A DNA stretch of 60,844 bases, taken from the IMG/VR virus record IMGVR_UViG_3300025687_006674, positions 1-60,844 of that record; one strand, 5' to 3'. Every line of letters begins with the position of its first letter. Position 1 is the first letter of the stretch. A program made the position numbers and the translations under genes. This document shows, piece after piece, positions 49,309-58,296 of this stretch. Origin of the DNA: a virus (taxonomy: Duplodnaviria > Caudoviricetes). Below the pieces are notes generated by a model, which was not told where the DNA came from, searched no databases, and saw only the letters and a program-made list of their open reading frames with translations.

Positions 49309-49758
49309 TTAACCTTTTAACTTACTTATTTGGTCTCGTAGTTTAATAGCTTCTTCAAAGTTCTGTTCTTCAATCGCACTATTAAGTTTATTTTGTAACT
49401 CAACAATTTTGTCTTGATTTTCTTCTATCTTTTTAATTTGGTCTCTGAGTTCCGCAGCTCTTTCAAAGTTTTGTTCTTCAACGCAACGGTCAAGTTCTCT
49501 TTTTAGAGAATCAACTTCATTAGATGACGATTTTCTTTTTTGTGTGAAGTTTGGTTCCCCTCCGTATGTTCTTACAATACTGGTAACTGAAAACATTCCG
49601 TCTTCTGAAACAAAACTTTCTTTATGCCAATCACCATTTTCATCGGTACCCTTTTCAGAGTTTGTTTTTCCTTTTACGAAAAAGGGTTGATTAAACATTG
49701 AGTCCATGTCGTTGAACATGTTAAATAGGTCATTAAAATTTCTTCTTTTTCCAAACAT
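49309..49758 (-). CDS. Tandem UVR (UvrB/UvrC motif) protein; candidate ClpC partner
   Basis: LKRELDRCVEEQNFERAAELRDQIKKI and LQNKLNSAIEEQNFEEAIKLRDQISKL. Confidence 0.8.
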   Translation of the reverse strand: MFGKRRNFNDLFNMFNDMDSMFNQPFFVKGKTNSEKGTDENGDWHKESFVSEDGMFSVTSIVRTYGGEPNFTQKRKSSSNEVDSLKRELDRCVEEQNFERAAELRDQIKKIEENQDKIVELQNKLNSAIEEQNFEEAIKLRDQISKLKG

Positions 49759-49816
49759 AGTTTTTTTATTTAAAAATAGTTTATTATATTTGTAATGTTT
49801 ATTTGTTCACACTATT

Positions 49817-49898
49817 TCGAAAAGTGTGCCATTATTAATAATAAATATAATAAATGACAAAATGTCAGTAGTAGAAAAAAATGTATGACAATTTGACA
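49817..49898 (-). promoter_or_regulatory. Putative sigma-54-like promoter with two upstream TGACA-N3-TG(T/A)CA operator sites
   Basis: Minus-strand TGGCACACTTTTCGA (49817-49831); palindrome TGACAaaaTGTCA (49855-49867) and TGACAattTGACA (49886-49898), 31 bp apart. Confidence 0.4.
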
Positions 49899-49902
49899 AA
49901 TA

Positions 49903-49933
49903 TTGAATTATACCACAATTTTTGTTACCTTTG
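49903..49933 (+). promoter_or_regulatory. Bacteroidota-type primary-sigma promoter for clpC
   Basis: TTG-N20-TACCTTTG. Confidence 0.6.
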
Positions 49934-49959
49934 TAAAGTAAAACTTTAATAGAAAGAAT

Positions 49960-51978
49960 ATGATTGAAGAAGTAGACCCAAATGAAAAAGGAGGACGTAA
50001 AGGAAGACCTGAAGTAACTACAACAGGAACTCCCGTACTTGATAATTTCTCCAGAGATTTAATTAAACTCGCAGAGCAGGGAAAATTAGACCCTGTTATT
50101 GGTCGAGACCGCGAAATTTCTCGCATTGCTCAGATTCTTTCACGTAGAAAGAAAAATAACCCAATCATCATTGGTGAACCTGGATGTGGTAAAACCGCAA
50201 TCGTTGAAGGTTTGGCTATGAAGATTTTTAATGGTGACTGTCCAACCAATCTATCAGATAAACGTATCGTATCTTTGGATATGACCTCTATTGTTGCTGG
50301 CACAAAGTATCGTGGACAGTTTGAAGAACGTCTAAAAGTGATTTTGGATGAGCTTCACGATAATCCTGATATCATCGTTTTTATTGATGAGATTCATACC
50401 ATTATAGGTGCAGGTAATTCATCGGGTTCGTTGGATGCATCAAACATCTTCAAACCCGCACTTGCTCGTGGTGAACTCCAATGTATCGGAGCGACCACAT
50501 TGGATGAGTATCGTGAGAACATCGAAAAGGATGGTGCATTGGAACGTAGATTCCAAAAGGTTATGGTAGACGGTGCAACACCTGAGGAAACCTTAGAGAT
50601 TCTTAAGAGGTTAAAACCATTCTACGAGAAACATCACAAAGTAAACTACACCGACGCTGCGTTAGATGCTTGTGTTACTTTAGCTGGTCGTTACATCACA
50701 GACCGTGAATTTCCCGATAAGGCGATTGACGTATTAGATGAAGTTGGAGCGAAAAGTCAAATTAATGTACAACTACCTGAAATTATCGAAGATTTGAAGG
50801 CTGAGGCTTCTCAAATCAAAGAAGACAAGATTAAGGTAGTTAAACAACAAAAGTATGAGGAGGCTGCTCAACTACGTGACCGTGAAAAGAAACTTCTAAA
50901 GAAACTCGAAGATGAAAAGAAGAAGTTTGAGGAAGAACAAAACACAAACCGTAGAGACGTTACTGAGGATATGGTGTACGAAGTGGTATCGACCATGACA
51001 AAAATTCCAGTATCCAAACTCAACACCGATGAAGTTGAGTCTCTATTAAACTTGGAAAATAGTCTTAATCAGTCGGTTATTGGTCAGAAAGAGGCTGTAA
51101 CAAAGATTTCAAAGGCAATCCGTAGAAATCGTGTGGGTATCAAAGACCCAAACCGTCCAATCGGCTCATTTATCTTCTTGGGTTCAACGGGTATCGGTAA
51201 AACACACTTAGCTAAACGTCTCGCAGAAGAAATCTTCGGAGATGAAGAAGCACTAATCCGTGTGGATATGTCTGAATACCAAGAAAAGTACTCAATGAGT
51301 AGATTGATTGGTTCCCCTCCAGGATATGTGGGTTACAACGAAGGTGGACAGCTAACAGAAGCAGTGAAAAACAAACCTTACTCAGTGGTATTGTTCGATG
51401 AGATTGAAAAGGCAAACAAAGACATCTTCTCACTCTTACTACAACTGTTAGACGATGGTCACCTTACCGATAGTTTTGGTAGAAAAATTAACTTCAGAAA
51501 CTGTTTGATTATCATGACATCAAACTTAGGAGTTAAGAAACTTCAAGACTTCGGAACAGGAATCGGATTTGACACCACAACAAAAATGTCAAAAGACGAA
51601 GAACTTAAAAAGGTATTGTTGGAGAAAGAACTTAAAAACTTCTTCACCCCTGAGTTCCTAAATCGTGTTGACGAAGTGGTAGTGTTTAATCCTCTTAAAG
51701 AACTACAAGTTCAACAAATTGTTGAAATCGAGGTAACTAAACTTTTAAAGAGAATTCAAAAAATTGGTTATGACATCACAATCACCAAAGGTGTTAAAGA
51801 TTTTATCTCCAAAGTTGGATTTGATGAAAAGTTTGGAGCACGTCCTATCAAACGAGCAATTCAAGAAAAACTTGAGGACCTCATCTCTGAAGAGATTCTT
51901 AAAAAGAATATAATAATGGGTAAGAAATACTCCCTTCAGATGAAAGGACAAGAAGAAATCATTGTTAAGGGGAAATAA
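49960..51978 (+). CDS. clpC: ClpC-type AAA+ unfoldase lacking the N-terminal Clp domain
   Basis: Two NBDs ([14 protein letters not shown] and [15 protein letters not shown]), pore loops GTKYRG and PPGYVG, UVR-type M-domain ([13 protein letters not shown]), GIGF ClpP-docking loop; NBD1 starts after only ~25 aa. Confidence 0.9.
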   Translation: MIEEVDPNEKGGRKGRPEVTTTGTPVLDNFSRDLIKLAEQGKLDPVIGRDREISRIAQILSRRKKNNPIIIGEPGCGKTAIVEGLAMKIFNGDCPTNLSDKRIVSLDMTSIVAGTKYRGQFEERLKVILDELHDNPDIIVFIDEIHTIIGAGNSSGSLDASNIFKPALARGELQCIGATTLDEYRENIEKDGALERRFQKVMVDGATPEETLEILKRLKPFYEKHHKVNYTDAALDACVTLAGRYITDREFPDKAIDVLDEVGAKSQINVQLPEIIEDLKAEASQIKEDKIKVVKQQKYEEAAQLRDREKKLLKKLEDEKKKFEEEQNTNRRDVTEDMVYEVVSTMTKIPVSKLNTDEVESLLNLENSLNQSVIGQKEAVTKISKAIRRNRVGIKDPNRPIGSFIFLGSTGIGKTHLAKRLAEEIFGDEEALIRVDMSEYQEKYSMSRLIGSPPGYVGYNEGGQLTEAVKNKPYSVVLFDEIEKANKDIFSLLLQLLDDGHLTDSFGRKINFRNCLIIMTSNLGVKKLQDFGTGIGFDTTTKMSKDEELKKVLLEKELKNFFTPEFLNRVDEVVVFNPLKELQVQQIVEIEVTKLLKRIQKIGYDITITKGVKDFISKVGFDEKFGARPIKRAIQEKLEDLISEEILKKNIIMGKKYSLQMKGQEEIIVKGK

Positions 51979-51986
51979 TTCCCCTT
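51967..51986 (+). terminator. Hairpin at the clpC stop
   Basis: AAGGGGAA-ATAA-TTCCCCTT; weak U tract. Confidence 0.5.
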
Positions 51987-51990
51987 GACA

Positions 51991-52022
51991 TTTGGTGAAT
52001 TAAAATATTTGTTTTATATTTG
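51991..52022 (+). promoter_or_regulatory. Bacteroidota-type promoter
   Basis: TTTG-N20-TATATTTG. Confidence 0.7.
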
Positions 52023-52040
52023 TAGTTCAAATTAACAGAC

Positions 52041-53111
52041 ATGGATAAACTAACGAAAGACAATTTTATTAACCTTCTCTCAGTACCGTCAAAAACGTAC
52101 CAAGAAGAAATGATGGTAGAACACATCTGTTCAGTATTGGACACGATGCCAGGGGTAACTTATTACCGAGATGAGATGATGAACATTTACGCAAAGAAAG
52201 GTGAATTGTCTGAAGGGAATTATTTTCCAATGTTTGTTGCACACACCGATACCGTACACAACATTGTCGAAGACAAAATCGTTGTGAAAGAAACACAGTT
52301 GAGTAAACCAAAAACCTTCGGTATGACGTTCGATGGGACACAACATGAAGCGTTGATTGGACAAACCTCAACGGGACATCCAACAGGTATTGGTGGGGAT
52401 GATAAGTGTGGGGTCTTCATTTGTTTAGAACTTCTACGAGTACTCTCGAATGTTAAAGTAGGGTTTTTTGTATCTGAAGAGACTGGTTGCCATGGTTCTA
52501 GCAAGTGTGACCCCACCTTTCTTCACGATGTAGGTTACATCATTCAATATGATGCACCAGGGAATCAACTAATTACCGAGGTTTGCTCGGGAATTCGTTT
52601 GTTCGAAAAAGATGGTGACTTCATTACACGTACCAAGAAACTATTTACACAAACAATGGGTGTAGAACCACTTTTACAATCACATCCATACACAGATGTA
52701 TCACAACTCAAGAAAAAGATTGATGTGTCTTGTATTAACTTCTCATGTGGTTATTACAACATGCACACCACCAGTGAATTTATTGTGTTGGACGATGTGG
52801 ACCGAGCCATTAGTTTGGGATTATCAATGGTGAGTGAGTTTGGTTACGAAAAACAAGAGTACCAATACGAGGTACCTTCATACAAAAATTTCTCAGATTA
52901 CAGTAACTTGTTTAATACTGTAGATGATGAGGATGATTACGAAGATTTTGATGAAGAAGTGGTAATCGATAATGAATTTACAAAAGTTGTCGAAGACGTT
53001 ACAGGACTCTTGATTCAGGATAAGTTCTACGGTACCGAAGTGTATTTGGATGAGGATGATATATTCACCCTTTATGAACACCTACAGAAAAGGTACATTC
53101 AACAGTACTAA
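52041..53111 (+). CDS. M20/M28-family zinc peptidase
   Basis: AHTDTV, GGDDKCG, SEETGCHGS, QYD, YTDV, GYYNMHT. Confidence 0.85.
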   Translation: MDKLTKDNFINLLSVPSKTYQEEMMVEHICSVLDTMPGVTYYRDEMMNIYAKKGELSEGNYFPMFVAHTDTVHNIVEDKIVVKETQLSKPKTFGMTFDGTQHEALIGQTSTGHPTGIGGDDKCGVFICLELLRVLSNVKVGFFVSEETGCHGSSKCDPTFLHDVGYIIQYDAPGNQLITEVCSGIRLFEKDGDFITRTKKLFTQTMGVEPLLQSHPYTDVSQLKKKIDVSCINFSCGYYNMHTTSEFIVLDDVDRAISLGLSMVSEFGYEKQEYQYEVPSYKNFSDYSNLFNTVDDEDDYEDFDEEVVIDNEFTKVVEDVTGLLIQDKFYGTEVYLDEDDIFTLYEHLQKRYIQQY

Positions 53112-54208
53112 TCAAAGATATCAAACAGTTGATGATTGTTAATTAAATTACCGAGAGTCGACTGTTTGATTTTTCCTTTTTTGAAATCTATATTAGACCA
53201 AGTATTCGGGTTTTCTTTTTTTCTAAATTCAACATTTATTTTACCATTATCAGGTTCAACATCTATAACTTTTAACATTGTGTAAGTACCATCAGGATTT
53301 TTTCCTAAGTTCTTTTCTTTATTAAATCCAATGACTTTGTTGACGAACTTAATAATTTCGGCATACTTTTTATAATTCTCCAACGTTTCTTCATCATCTT
53401 CTAAATCAGATATTGTCTTTTCAATATCCCAAGACGATTCTTTATGAAACTCATTGTTAAAATATTCACCGTCCTCATAATTATAGTAATCCTCTCTCGG
53501 ATTACCAGGTAACATCTTATGTCCTCTTGTTGACATATATCTTTCTAAGACATCATCTATACTGTCATTTAAAGAACCTGAAAATGAATAGATTAACATA
53601 AGCTGTGATAAAGGCATTTTAAGTTTTTTGAAACTATCACCCCAACTCTCAAGTTTTAATGGTCTATACAAATCTTCAAGAAACTGACCCTTCATGTAAT
53701 CTTCAATACCATTAGAAATAGCACCGTCTTTAGCATAATAATATCTCTCAGTTAGTTTTTCAGCCAATCCAGGAAACACATTTGAAATCAGACCGCTCAT
53801 TTCTCTAGCTGTTTCATCGGAACCCGACTCGACATCTACATCCATGTCAATTAGGTTAAATAATTTTTTTATTTCTTTCTTACTCTCAGGACTTAAACTA
53901 TACCAAACATACCCCTCTTTCCAATCTTCTTCAGCAGAATAGTAATCCGTAAATTCATAATTGTGTGGGTCGTGATACAACCAAAGGATGTCTTTGGCTT
54001 CATATTCATCAAAATCACCAAACTTTTCTAAAAAGTCTTCATCTTCATCAAACCAAAAAAGAAGATACCCATCTTTTACTCCGTAGATATAATCGGCATC
54101 AAACTCAACTTCATTATCAGATAATCTACCCTTAGATAGTGCCAATAGTTTCATGAAATCACTATCTTCATTCGCCTGTTCAACAAGTATTTTTCCTAAC
54201 CTTCTCAA
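53108..54208 (-). CDS. Hypothetical acidic protein
   Basis: 366 aa, TTG start, TATTTAT at 54225-54231. Confidence 0.7.
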   Translation of the reverse strand: MRRLGKILVEQANEDSDFMKLLALSKGRLSDNEVEFDADYIYGVKDGYLLFWFDEDEDFLEKFGDFDEYEAKDILWLYHDPHNYEFTDYYSAEEDWKEGYVWYSLSPESKKEIKKLFNLIDMDVDVESGSDETAREMSGLISNVFPGLAEKLTERYYYAKDGAISNGIEDYMKGQFLEDLYRPLKLESWGDSFKKLKMPLSQLMLIYSFSGSLNDSIDDVLERYMSTRGHKMLPGNPREDYYNYEDGEYFNNEFHKESSWDIEKTISDLEDDEETLENYKKYAEIIKFVNKVIGFNKEKNLGKNPDGTYTMLKVIDVEPDNGKINVEFRKKENPNTWSNIDFKKGKIKQSTLGNLINNHQLFDIFD

Positions 54209-54250
54209 CGTAATTGATTTTATTATAAATATAAGATTAGATATAAAATA

Positions 54251-54273
54251 AAAAACCCCCTGAAGAGGGGGTT
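54251..54273 (-). terminator. Intrinsic terminator
   Basis: AAAAACCCCC-TGAAGA-GGGGGTTT. Confidence 0.75.
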
Positions 54274-54277
54274 TATC

Positions 54278-54715
54278 TTATTGTCTTACAACTGATTGGT
54301 AACCGAGTTTTCTATCGTCAAGTTCAGTCCAAAAACAGTATACATTAACAACTGTTGGAGATTGACGACTGTATACGTATGAAAAAAGTCCATTTGGCCC
54401 TTCCATCAAAAAACTAACGTAATTTTCAGACATTTGATTTTTTTGTAGGATACGGTAGGTTTTAATTCCGTCAGCGTAAGGATTGTCCACTCTTACAAAA
54501 CCACTGTCTTCATTGACGGTCATGATGATTTCTTTTCCATCCTCACTAACACCGCCCGTTAATTCTTTTTCACGGTTCTCGGCAAATTCAACAAATGGGT
54601 TTTTACCTTTTTCAGTTTCAAAGTTGTAAAGTTCTTTTAACTTATAAGTTGTTACTTGTGCGTTCAAGTTAAAAGCTCCGATAATAAGTCCGATGGTTAA
54701 TACGATATTTTTCAT
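54278..54715 (-). CDS. Secreted protein with a Sec signal peptide (probably a leaderless transcript)
   Basis: MKNIVLTIGLIIGAFNLNA-Q (Gln at +1 is typical of Bacteroidota); TTTG-N20-TATATTTG ends 4 nt before the ATG. Confidence 0.7.
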   Translation of the reverse strand: MKNIVLTIGLIIGAFNLNAQVTTYKLKELYNFETEKGKNPFVEFAENREKELTGGVSEDGKEIIMTVNEDSGFVRVDNPYADGIKTYRILQKNQMSENYVSFLMEGPNGLFSYVYSRQSPTVVNVYCFWTELDDRKLGYQSVVRQ

Positions 54716-54748
54716 ACAACAAATATAGGTATAAAAACTTATAAAAAC

Positions 54749-54775
54749 AAAAAACCCTCTAAAAAAGAGGGTTTT
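54749..54775 (-). terminator. Intrinsic terminator
   Basis: AAAACCCTCT-AAAAA-AGAGGGTTTT. Confidence 0.75.
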
Positions 54776-54801
54776 CAATATAATTTTTTTAATATATTAG
54801 A

Positions 54802-55413
54802 TTACGCAGTTTTCCATTTTGGCCCCAACTCAACAAAATCTTGAATACTTGCTAAATACTGAAGATTTTTGTAATTGGTTCTAGTTTCAATCTCCTTCCA
54901 ATCTTCATATACCTTACCCTGTTTACAGTATTGGTCTGTTTGTGCAATCTTACTTAATCTAGGTGTTGATGATTCCACACACTTTCTTAAATTTGCATCA
55001 TTACTATTTTTTAAACCTTTCCAATAAGCAAAAAGTTCTTTAAACGCCTCGTCTCTCTTTTGTTTAGCACCTGCGTAGTTCTGACCATTATACTCTTTCC
55101 ACGCAAAGTACTTATATTCGTTAGTTCCTTCAGGTACCCACATAACATAACCCTTGTTACCAATGTCTGAAAATTTTAAATTTCTTAAGTTAATGTTATT
55201 TTTATTAGCTAACTCCACAAACTTAGGATTTTGTCCTAAAATCTTTCCATTTACATCTTGTTTAACATAAGAGTTATTTAACTCAACACCTTTATTAACG
55301 TTTCCACCTGGTTGTGGTTCACCTTGCTCACTCAAGTATTGTCTTTTAGTGGCTGATTCATGCATCGAAAGGATTCTACTTCTTTCGTCTTCTGAGATTA
55401 TAAATTTTTTCAT
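54802..55413 (-). CDS. Hypothetical protein with a leader resembling a head-targeting propeptide
   Basis: MKKFIISEDERSRILSMHES...YLSEQ; TATTTAT at 55432-55438. Confidence 0.7.
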   Translation of the reverse strand: MKKFIISEDERSRILSMHESATKRQYLSEQGEPQPGGNVNKGVELNNSYVKQDVNGKILGQNPKFVELANKNNINLRNLKFSDIGNKGYVMWVPEGTNEYKYFAWKEYNGQNYAGAKQKRDEAFKELFAYWKGLKNSNDANLRKCVESSTPRLSKIAQTDQYCKQGKVYEDWKEIETRTNYKNLQYLASIQDFVELGPKWKTA

Positions 55414-55440
55414 AATTAAATTATTTTATATATAAATATG

Positions 55441-55471
55441 TTGTCAGAATAAAAAAATCTATTTATATTTG
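55441..55471 (+). promoter_or_regulatory. Bacteroidota-type promoter for the tmRNA
   Basis: TTG-N20-TATATTTG, ending 20 nt before the mature 5' end. Confidence 0.65.
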
Positions 55472-55491
55472 TATTAGTTCTTTGAAATAAT

Positions 55492-55885
55492 GGGGGTGAC
55501 CGGTATTGATTGGCAGGGTTAGTCATACGGGGCATGCAGTGAGAGGTTTCCTATCACTTTAATCTATGGAGGCAATTTTTAGGTGGCAACACTTTCGCAA
55601 AACTTCAGGCTGTAGGTCTTCTACGCACTGAAGAAGTAACTGTAGCGTAAGACGCAACAGTGAATCGGGTCGGTGGACATATAACCTATGAACAGAAGTC
55701 TGTATATGGGAGTCACAGGTCAGAGCTCTCTTAAATAACTCTGAGACCAGGTTGTTTATTGGTTTGTTTCCCACACACATCAAACCATTTATTTCGGAAT
55801 GTTGAGAATCAACATTGACCTAAGCATGTAGTCCTTTATGGGTAGACTGAGCAAGACGCGGGTTCGATTCCCGCCACCTCCACCA
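55492..55885 (+). ncRNA. ssrA: tmRNA
   Basis: 5' GGGGGTG pairs with 3' CACCTCC-ACCA including G3-U; T-arm GCGGG-TTCGATT-CCCGC; GCATGC / GCATGT helix 2; internal tag frame 55585-55650; 394 nt. Confidence 0.92.
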
Positions 55886-55889
55886 TTAC

Positions 55890-55928
55890 ATGCCGATTAA
55901 AGTTTGATATTTTAATCGGCATTTTTTT
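55890..55928 (+). terminator. Intrinsic terminator after the tmRNA
   Basis: ATGCCGATTAAA-loop-TTTAATCGGCAT followed by a T tract. Confidence 0.85.
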
Positions 55929-55986
55929 GTGCAATAAACTTTTTTGCTTATCTTTGTATTGTAATCATTTAATCATCACCATCATC

Positions 55987-56739
55987 ATGACAGTAACAGG
56001 AATCAACATCGAAGAAAAAGTAAGAAACTACGAAGGAAACAACGACTTCATCAAAGGTTTAAAACCAGGTCTTATGAAGTACGGTCGTCTAACCCCAAAA
56101 CAATTTGCAGTGGCTGAGAAACTCATCATCCAAGAAGAACGTCAAACGGAGATTAACGTAGAAGAACTACCTACTAACCTTCGAGCTATCGTTGAATACA
56201 AAGGTGAATCTAAATTCGTATTGGACCTTCAAGAGAAATACAAGAAATACCGCAGACTAACCGAAAAACAAGTTCAGGCAGGTTATAAAGCAGTTGACCG
56301 TGAGATTCAAAAGAACTCTCAAAAAGAGGTGAACATCAAATTGGTAGGAAACACCATCAAGTTGGGTCGCAACATCGCTCGTGACATCAAAGAAGAAAAC
56401 AACTTGGAATTCCACCCAATTTTGGTTGACGTTACCGAAATCGTAACCATGTCAAACAGAGCGATGAAACTAAAGGCAAAACTCACAAAAGAGAACGGTG
56501 GTATCTGTCGTTGTTGTGGAAAGACCCTAACCGACTACATGTCTCAAGTAACAGGTATCGGTCCCGTATGTGCAAAATACGTAGGTGTTGAACACCCAAA
56601 GACAAAAAACGATGTTGAACAGTTCAAAGCCGACATGTCCAAAAAGATTGACGAAATCGGTGAATTTGAATTTTGGATTCCAAAACGTCAAATCGTACAA
56701 TGGAATGGTTCAGCTTCACTTATCATGAAGGTTAAATAA
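55987..56739 (+). CDS. DUF6011-like zinc-finger protein with two N-terminal Y.G...F...L...K...LT.KQ repeats
   Basis: CRCCGKTLTD..S...GIGPVCAK; start moved to MTVTG; promoter TTTG-N19-TATCTTTG at 55926-55956. Confidence 0.7.
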   Translation: MTVTGINIEEKVRNYEGNNDFIKGLKPGLMKYGRLTPKQFAVAEKLIIQEERQTEINVEELPTNLRAIVEYKGESKFVLDLQEKYKKYRRLTEKQVQAGYKAVDREIQKNSQKEVNIKLVGNTIKLGRNIARDIKEENNLEFHPILVDVTEIVTMSNRAMKLKAKLTKENGGICRCCGKTLTDYMSQVTGIGPVCAKYVGVEHPKTKNDVEQFKADMSKKIDEIGEFEFWIPKRQIVQWNGSASLIMKVK

Positions 56740-56764
56740 AAAATGGGGTCACTGACCCCATTTT
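56739..56764. terminator. Bidirectional terminator
   Basis: AAAAATGGGGTC-ACT-GACCCCATTTT between convergent genes. Confidence 0.8.
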
Positions 56765-56767
56765 CTT

Positions 56768-57712
56768 TTATAAACTAAGTAACATATCCATTAACTCTTG
56801 TTGTGGGAACATATCCACCTTATCCTTTCGAACATTAGTGTGTGACAATAGTCCTCGAATCTTACCATTTCTAGCATCTGAAGAATATTCAAAAGCATCT
56901 GCACCTTTTTCTCTAATCCATTTAGGTAAACCTTCAGTAATATTAATATTATCTCTATTTGCAATATAAAGGATGTTCTCCTTCAACGAATACAACGATT
57001 GCTCAGAATACTTATGCCAATATAGATGTCCTCTAAATTCTTTGTCTAACTTAACAATTTGTGATTCTGCAGCCTCAACTCCAACATAAGTGTAAAACTT
57101 ACCTGGTGTTTTTTCAATCCACACTTTCTTTCTTTTTACATCATCCCATTTGTGGTAACCCCCCTCTTCAAGGTATCCAAAGTTACAAACCTCAATACCA
57201 ACAGAGTTTCTATGCATATAACTGTTACCTGTTCCCAAATGCCAACCATAACCACCGTGAGGAAATGCTTGAACAATCTCACCATCATATTTGTCGTCAT
57301 TACCTTTTACAGATTGACCACCGATAACAAACTCTGTTGCTATTTTACCTCTACTATCATTAGCCCAATTACGTATGGTATTATAAGGGTTGTTCCAACC
57401 AGCAGTATGATGGATAAACAAATATTCAGGGGTCACAGGACCCGTAAAATATTCACTCTTAGGTAGGTAATCTTTATGGATAATTAATCCCTCTGGCGTT
57501 GTCTGTGTCGTTTCTGTAATGTCAGTGCTAACAATACCCATAACGTTCCAAGTGGCAGGACCCACAATACCATCGGCCAATAAACCGTTTTCCCTTTGCC
57601 AATTTTTGACAGCCCTTTCCGTACCCGGTCCGAAAATACCATCGTTTTCAATTCCAAGAAATTCTTGGATAAGTTTAACCTCATTTCCTTTTGAACCTTT
57701 TTTTAAAATCAT
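56768..57712 (-). CDS. Endolysin: peptidoglycan-binding domain plus N-acetylmuramoyl-L-alanine amidase (Amidase_2)
   Basis: LKKGSKG..VKLIQ..L...DGIFGPGT..AV..WQ...GL.ADGIVGP.TW; IHHTAG, VGIEV, LSHTNVRKDKVD. Confidence 0.88.
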   Translation of the reverse strand: MILKKGSKGNEVKLIQEFLGIENDGIFGPGTERAVKNWQRENGLLADGIVGPATWNVMGIVSTDITETTQTTPEGLIIHKDYLPKSEYFTGPVTPEYLFIHHTAGWNNPYNTIRNWANDSRGKIATEFVIGGQSVKGNDDKYDGEIVQAFPHGGYGWHLGTGNSYMHRNSVGIEVCNFGYLEEGGYHKWDDVKRKKVWIEKTPGKFYTYVGVEAAESQIVKLDKEFRGHLYWHKYSEQSLYSLKENILYIANRDNINITEGLPKWIREKGADAFEYSSDARNGKIRGLLSHTNVRKDKVDMFPQQELMDMLLSL

Positions 57713-57721
57713 AATTTAAGT

Positions 57722-57737
57722 TATTTATATATAAATA
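57722..57737. promoter_or_regulatory. Palindromic pair of putative late promoters
   Basis: Perfect 16-bp palindrome TATTTATATATAAATA between the divergent endolysin and HNH genes. Confidence 0.5.
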
Positions 57738-57792
57738 TACATTTGACTAACAAGATAAAATAAGTTAAATTTAATCGATATAATTAAACTAT

Positions 57793-58296
57793 ATGGAAAC
57801 AGTTCTTGTATTAAATTCAGATTATTCACCATTAAACGTAACCACCCTACGAAGAGGTTTTGTTTTAGTTGATAAGGGTAAGGCTGAAATATTAAAAAAA
57901 GGTGATGAAGATATTATTACCACTATTGGTAACTTTGTTCGTCCTTTAGTTATTAGATTACTAAACTACGTTAGATACCGTTCAAAAGGTGTTAAAGTAA
58001 GTAGAAAACGTGTATTTAGACGTGACGGCCATCAGTGTGGATATTGTGGCTCTAAAAAGAATCTCACATTGGACCATATATTACCTAAATCTCGTGGCGG
58101 GCTTAATACGTGGGAGAATATGGTTACTTGTTGTAGTAGGTGTAATAGTTTAAAAGATAATAGAACACCTGAAGAAGCTGGTATGAAATTAAAAATCAAA
58201 CCTTACAAACCAACAGTATTTTCTGTTGTTGTAAGTGAAACTGTTGAAAATATTTGGGAAGATTTCCAACAGGACTTGTCAAAGAGTTTTTTGTAA
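57793..58296 (+). CDS. HNH endonuclease (McrA-like)
   Basis: VLVLNSDY.PL, RDGHQCGYCG...LTLDHILPKSRGG...WENMVTCCSRCNSLK. Confidence 0.9.
   Translation: METVLVLNSDYSPLNVTTLRRGFVLVDKGKAEILKKGDEDIITTIGNFVRPLVIRLLNYVRYRSKGVKVSRKRVFRRDGHQCGYCGSKKNLTLDHILPKSRGGLNTWENMVTCCSRCNSLKDNRTPEEAGMKLKIKPYKPTVFSVVVSETVENIWEDFQQDLSKSFL

Noticed and set aside
49960-51978. ClpB disaggregase, or a truncated pseudogene
   Set aside because: The short UVR-type M-domain and IGF loop indicate ClpC; it has its own promoter, intact motifs and no upstream N-domain remnant.
55559-55783. 74-aa minus-strand ORF
   Set aside because: Antisense to the tmRNA.
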